A stretch of DNA of 63,935 nucleotides, filler included, from Blastocystis sp. subtype 4 (Eukaryota): assembly GCF_000743755.1 (NCBI RefSeq). It is 3 parts of 3 records of this genome, joined end to end, with 100 filler letters (N's around TTAATTAATTAA, not from the genome) between each part and the next. Parts side by side here need not be neighbours in the genome. Positions count along the whole stretch, not along the records: positions 51,909 to 63,935 come from NW_014569247.1; 2 more parts are not named here. One strand, written 5' to 3'. Under the pieces are notes generated by a model, which made no database searches, had not been told where the DNA came from, and saw only the letters and a list, made by a program, of their open reading frames with translations. Within the stretch, counting starts at the first letter, position 1. Each line of letters begins with the position of its first letter. A program made the translations under genes and the position numbers. Below, one piece after another: positions 60,242 through 63,935 of the stretch.

Positions 60242-63200
60242 CATTTCACTTTCTTTGATACAATCACATCCTCCTCTCCTGCTACTCCTCTCGTTCTCAT
60301 TCGTTTTCTCACCTTCATTTCCTCCAAGGATCCTTCATCATCATCGCCTGGAACGAACTCATCCGCCACTTCTTCCATCTCCAGATGAGCTCGCATCTCC
60401 TGCGCTGCACGGGCTCTCGAACGCGTCAAGAAAGGACTGCTAGCCTCTTCAGGCTCTTCCTCGTATTCCTGTTGCAGGAAGTTAGCTGCATATTCCGTGA
60501 AGTCCGTAGGTACAGAACCTCCTGGGTGGGAGAGGTCATGAGGCGACCCTACGTACCAGAACTGCACAGTTCCTGTAACCTCGTCAGGTCGACAATTGAG
60601 GTCCTGGTGGTACTCCATACGGAAGAGTAACAGACGAGAATCACCCATCACACGTAAGACATTATTACGATACAGTTTGGGACGAATACCTCCTTGTTGA
60701 CGCATATATGCATGTAACGCCTATAATGAAACTCCTCTCATAACCATACTACTAACTGGGTAGCCATAACATCATTCATGATTGTTTGGAGATGACGTAC
60801 ACATCCACTCACCACACGATCAACAGTATACAACATATAGCCATTTGTACCCACCAATTGACGACAACGATTTTCAAAGAGTTGATTGGTCAGTTCACCT
60901 CGTAATAATTGAATAAGAGCATCCATCAAATAGATATGACGCTCCAACTTGGAAGGAACAGCTGAGTCCATCAATCCATCCCGATTCGTATCAATCGCTC
61001 GTTCCACTATGAATCAATTCTTGACAGCATATCTACCGGCGTGAGCTGTCATGTTTTGTTCTGTATACAGATCGGAATCACACAATGTTTTGCTGTGGAG
61101 AATCCTCGTATACAAGATACAATAGAGTCGATAGAATGTATACATGGGAGTACTTCCAAAGATACATTCGCAATCCTCACCCAATACACTCTCTATGGAT
61201 AACACCAAGCCTATTGTGTCACCTTCACACTCCACTTGAACTGGGACTTCCTCTTCATTTGCTTGATGAGAGGATTCTGAAGGAATAACAGGTGTTGTGT
61301 CTTCTTCCTCCTCGCTAGATCTGTCATCAGCTGCTTCCACAAGCAAATCTTTCCTAGGAAGTTTCATGACTGTTTCACCAATAGTAACATCATACAATTT
61401 TGATTGCGGGTCATAGGCAGCAATCACTCCGCTACCATGAGGAGTTGACACATGTGTTGCCACTGCATACTGTACACCCGAGTTCTCCTATCTGTCAATG
61501 TTTCATATCTTTTCTACCAATTCAGCTGAAGCAATATATCCAGGAGTCAGTTTGAACATTCGAATCACTAGTTCCGATAACAGTGAACGGAAGCGTTCCT
61601 TCTACTTATTTCAATAAATCAATCCTACCATATCAGCCTTGCCAAGTTGTCTCTTTGCTGCTACTAGCAACAGACGCAATACTTGCTTATGAACCACCAC
61701 ATCCGAGAAGGTAACAGAAAGAGCACAAGGACCCTCGTCATATGCAATGTCCATACTATCGATCCCTGCTTCGTGATGAACTCCTGCCAATTCCTAACGA
61801 TAGTACTCTCAACATTCACTCTACCTTCAATTCATCCACCAGGACCTTGGTAGTGATAGTCTTCTTGTCACTTTGACGGAAATAGAAACTGCGGTGATCC
61901 AGTGACAGATAATAATTCGCCTTTTGGATCTCGCGACAGCGCTATGAATCAGAAAGAATCTCTAGACACACTTCATTGAGAATCACCTTCTCTTCTGACC
62001 ACTGCTGGAGTTTGGCTTGGAGTCGTTTCAGGATTCGCGGGATACAGCCTCGTGGGTTCAGCTGTAGTAACTACACTCAAAACATGTCACCATCAGTACC
62101 TTGATGACTTCAAGATCAGCTCCGTTGTGGGCATACACTCGGCGAATCGCAGCCACTTGCACGGCGGAGAGAGCATCTTCCTTCAGACGTACAGCGCCAG
62201 AGAGATCGGATTCTTCTAATTCCTTCTGAAGCATCTCCAACTGAGCAATAGCTGAACGAGTGGTCTCCAGAATCACATCAGCCTCAAAACGATCATCCTC
62301 ACACCGGAAGAGAGCATCTTCATATTGATTCCGTCGCATATGCTTGGATGTTACTCCTCCAATATCCCTTACATTGAAGCTAAAGTCTTCTGATCCAATT
62401 GTCTGAGACACCAAATTATCATTCAAAACCAAACTATCTGCATAGCTGCGCTGGGAACCTACACGTCGCGGTACTTGAGGAGGCAGTTCATGATAGGAGG
62501 GGGTAGGTCCAGGACAGGCATGAATCTGTTCCCATGTGGGGAGTGATGAAGGTCGCGACATCTATATGAGACTGAGTTCACATGAATACCGCTTCTTCAC
62601 TAATTCCCTTGTGAGCAAGATAGGCACGGAGTTGGGAAAGAACAGGATGACGTAGATGCAGTAAATCTGTAAGCGATGTGAAGAGCTCGGTAAGTGACAA
62701 TACATCCTAACATCTTATCATTCTCTTCTTCGCATACTCGATTGAACAGATCAAGCAACTGTAGGAACTGGCGGTATGTGACCTCCGAAGTGATCTCCCG
62801 TCGGCATCGTTCAAAGAATCGTCTCTCACTGGTGGGCAGTGAGTCTTCCTCGACATCCTCTTCTTCATAACCATGACGGCGACGCGAAGGAGCCGTTCCC
62901 GATGCAGGAGTGGGAGGAGATGCTGTACGTCGAGAAGTGCGAGAAGTGCGACGACGACTAGCAGGAACATATTCCGCTTGTACTGGCATCTCATACTGCG
63001 AACGATAAGGTGGATATGGTTCTTCTGTTTTGACAGGTGGAATAGGCTGGTTCATTTGATTAATCATCACTAATGCTCCACTTTGATATTCCTTTGGAAG
63101 GAACATGACGAAACGTTGAATAAGATCATCATGACCGTGGAACAAATCAACGATCTACTTTTAACTACACAATTTAAATCCCACCTGCTTCATCACATCC

Positions 63201-63732
63201 TTAATATCCTTTTGTTTTGTCTGATACTCTTGAAGAATGGCCATAAATCGATTATACGTGGAATTGTTGTCATTTGCAAATCTCGTTTTGATCATTGACA
63301 CGTACTGTGTCGCAATCTGCTGCTCGTTTTGAAATTCGCTACAGTTCACACACTGGCAATTCGTATTACATAGACATACCGTCATAGGGATTTGCAGGTG
63401 TAGCAATTGCTGGTTGAAGTGGTTGTGGCTTTGTCAAGTCAATACCACAGTCTGGAGGAAGAAACTGTGCAAACTTCCTTAACAAGTCAACATGACCTTC
63501 AAACAGCTTTTGAATTCGCGTTATGATTGCTCCATCTCCAATTCTAGAACGAGTAAGTCCGATGCCTTTATTCCTACCCCTTTTCCTTTAATTCAATCAT
63601 GATGGCAAGAAAATCCTTGTAACGTTCCTCATCGCTGCTGAAGCGCGTTTTGATCTAAACTCGATAAGAATTCGCATCTATCGTCACTTCATTCATAAAC
63701 GAAAGCGCATCTTCGACACGAGGTTGTTCCAT
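60242..63732 (-). CDS. SIN3: Paired amphipathic helix corepressor Sin3
   Basis: PAH repeats (VEDALSFMNEV..LFEGHVDL), HID TPSY..VLND..NQYEDALFRCEDDRFEAD, YYLSLDHRSFYF, FENRCRQLVGTNGYMLYTVD. Confidence 0.93.
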
Positions 63733-63854
63733 CTTGCTAGATTCTGAAACTATCTCTAAAAACACTTAACAAGTTTTTTCAAGCAATTATCCATATTAAT
63801 TCCAAACAAACAACAATCTAAAATGATACTACTGAGTGTAGTAACTTTACCCAC

Positions 63855-63935
63855 TTAATCGACCTCTTCAATATGAGGACCATCATCTTCCTGAGGAGCG
63901 CTAGGAGCACTTCCAGTAGCACCTCCATAAGGCAT
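63855..63935 (-). CDS. HSP70: Cytosolic HSP70, C-terminal fragment
   Basis: MPYGGATGSAPSAPQEDDGPHIEEVD*. Confidence 0.85.
   Translation of the reverse strand: MPYGGATGSAPSAPQEDDGPHIEEVD

Noticed and set aside
15741..63732. Sds3-like and SIN3 genes in the same window as a functional cluster
   Set aside because: They are over 40 kb and two scaffold gaps apart; chance is sufficient.
1..63935. CRISPR arrays, transposases, rRNA/tRNA genes, alternative genetic code
   Set aside because: None seen. In-frame stops are explained by mini-introns, and TAA, TAG and TGA all terminate genes.

Overview
This is gene-dense eukaryotic nuclear DNA with about 43 protein-coding genes, very short intergenic spacers and many 29-33 nt GT-AG introns. 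A TGTTTGTT-like element follows most gene ends. Together these features point strongly to the gut stramenopile Blastocystis (inferred, subtype not determinable). Two 100-nt scaffold gaps carry an artificial TTAATTAATTAA linker. Housekeeping genes include GLDC, TRM61, TMA7, MAK16, SIL1, POL5/MYBBP1A, PITP, TFIIH p44, gamma-tubulin, RPS18, guanylate kinase, HPRT, NAR1, PHB2, RFC2, GH47 mannosidase, SIN3 and the 3' end of HSP70. Main highlights: (1) a single-exon fusion of a YDJC-type deacetylase to a GLT1D1-type GT4 glycosyltransferase, linking two orphan enzyme families; (2) about 13-15 genes whose stop codon appears to be completed by polyadenylation (T/TA/TG + 4 nt + TGTTTGTT), including HPRT, which otherwise reads in frame into an MFS transporter; (3) two paralogues with an unrecognised conserved domain fused to a degenerate beta-hydroxyacid dehydrogenase; (4) minor-spliceosome-type AT-AC and apparent AT-CC introns; (5) a BTB-Tubby fusion, a minimal CstF-64 and a palindromic promoter motif. 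Gene models were spliced by eye, so boundaries are approximate.
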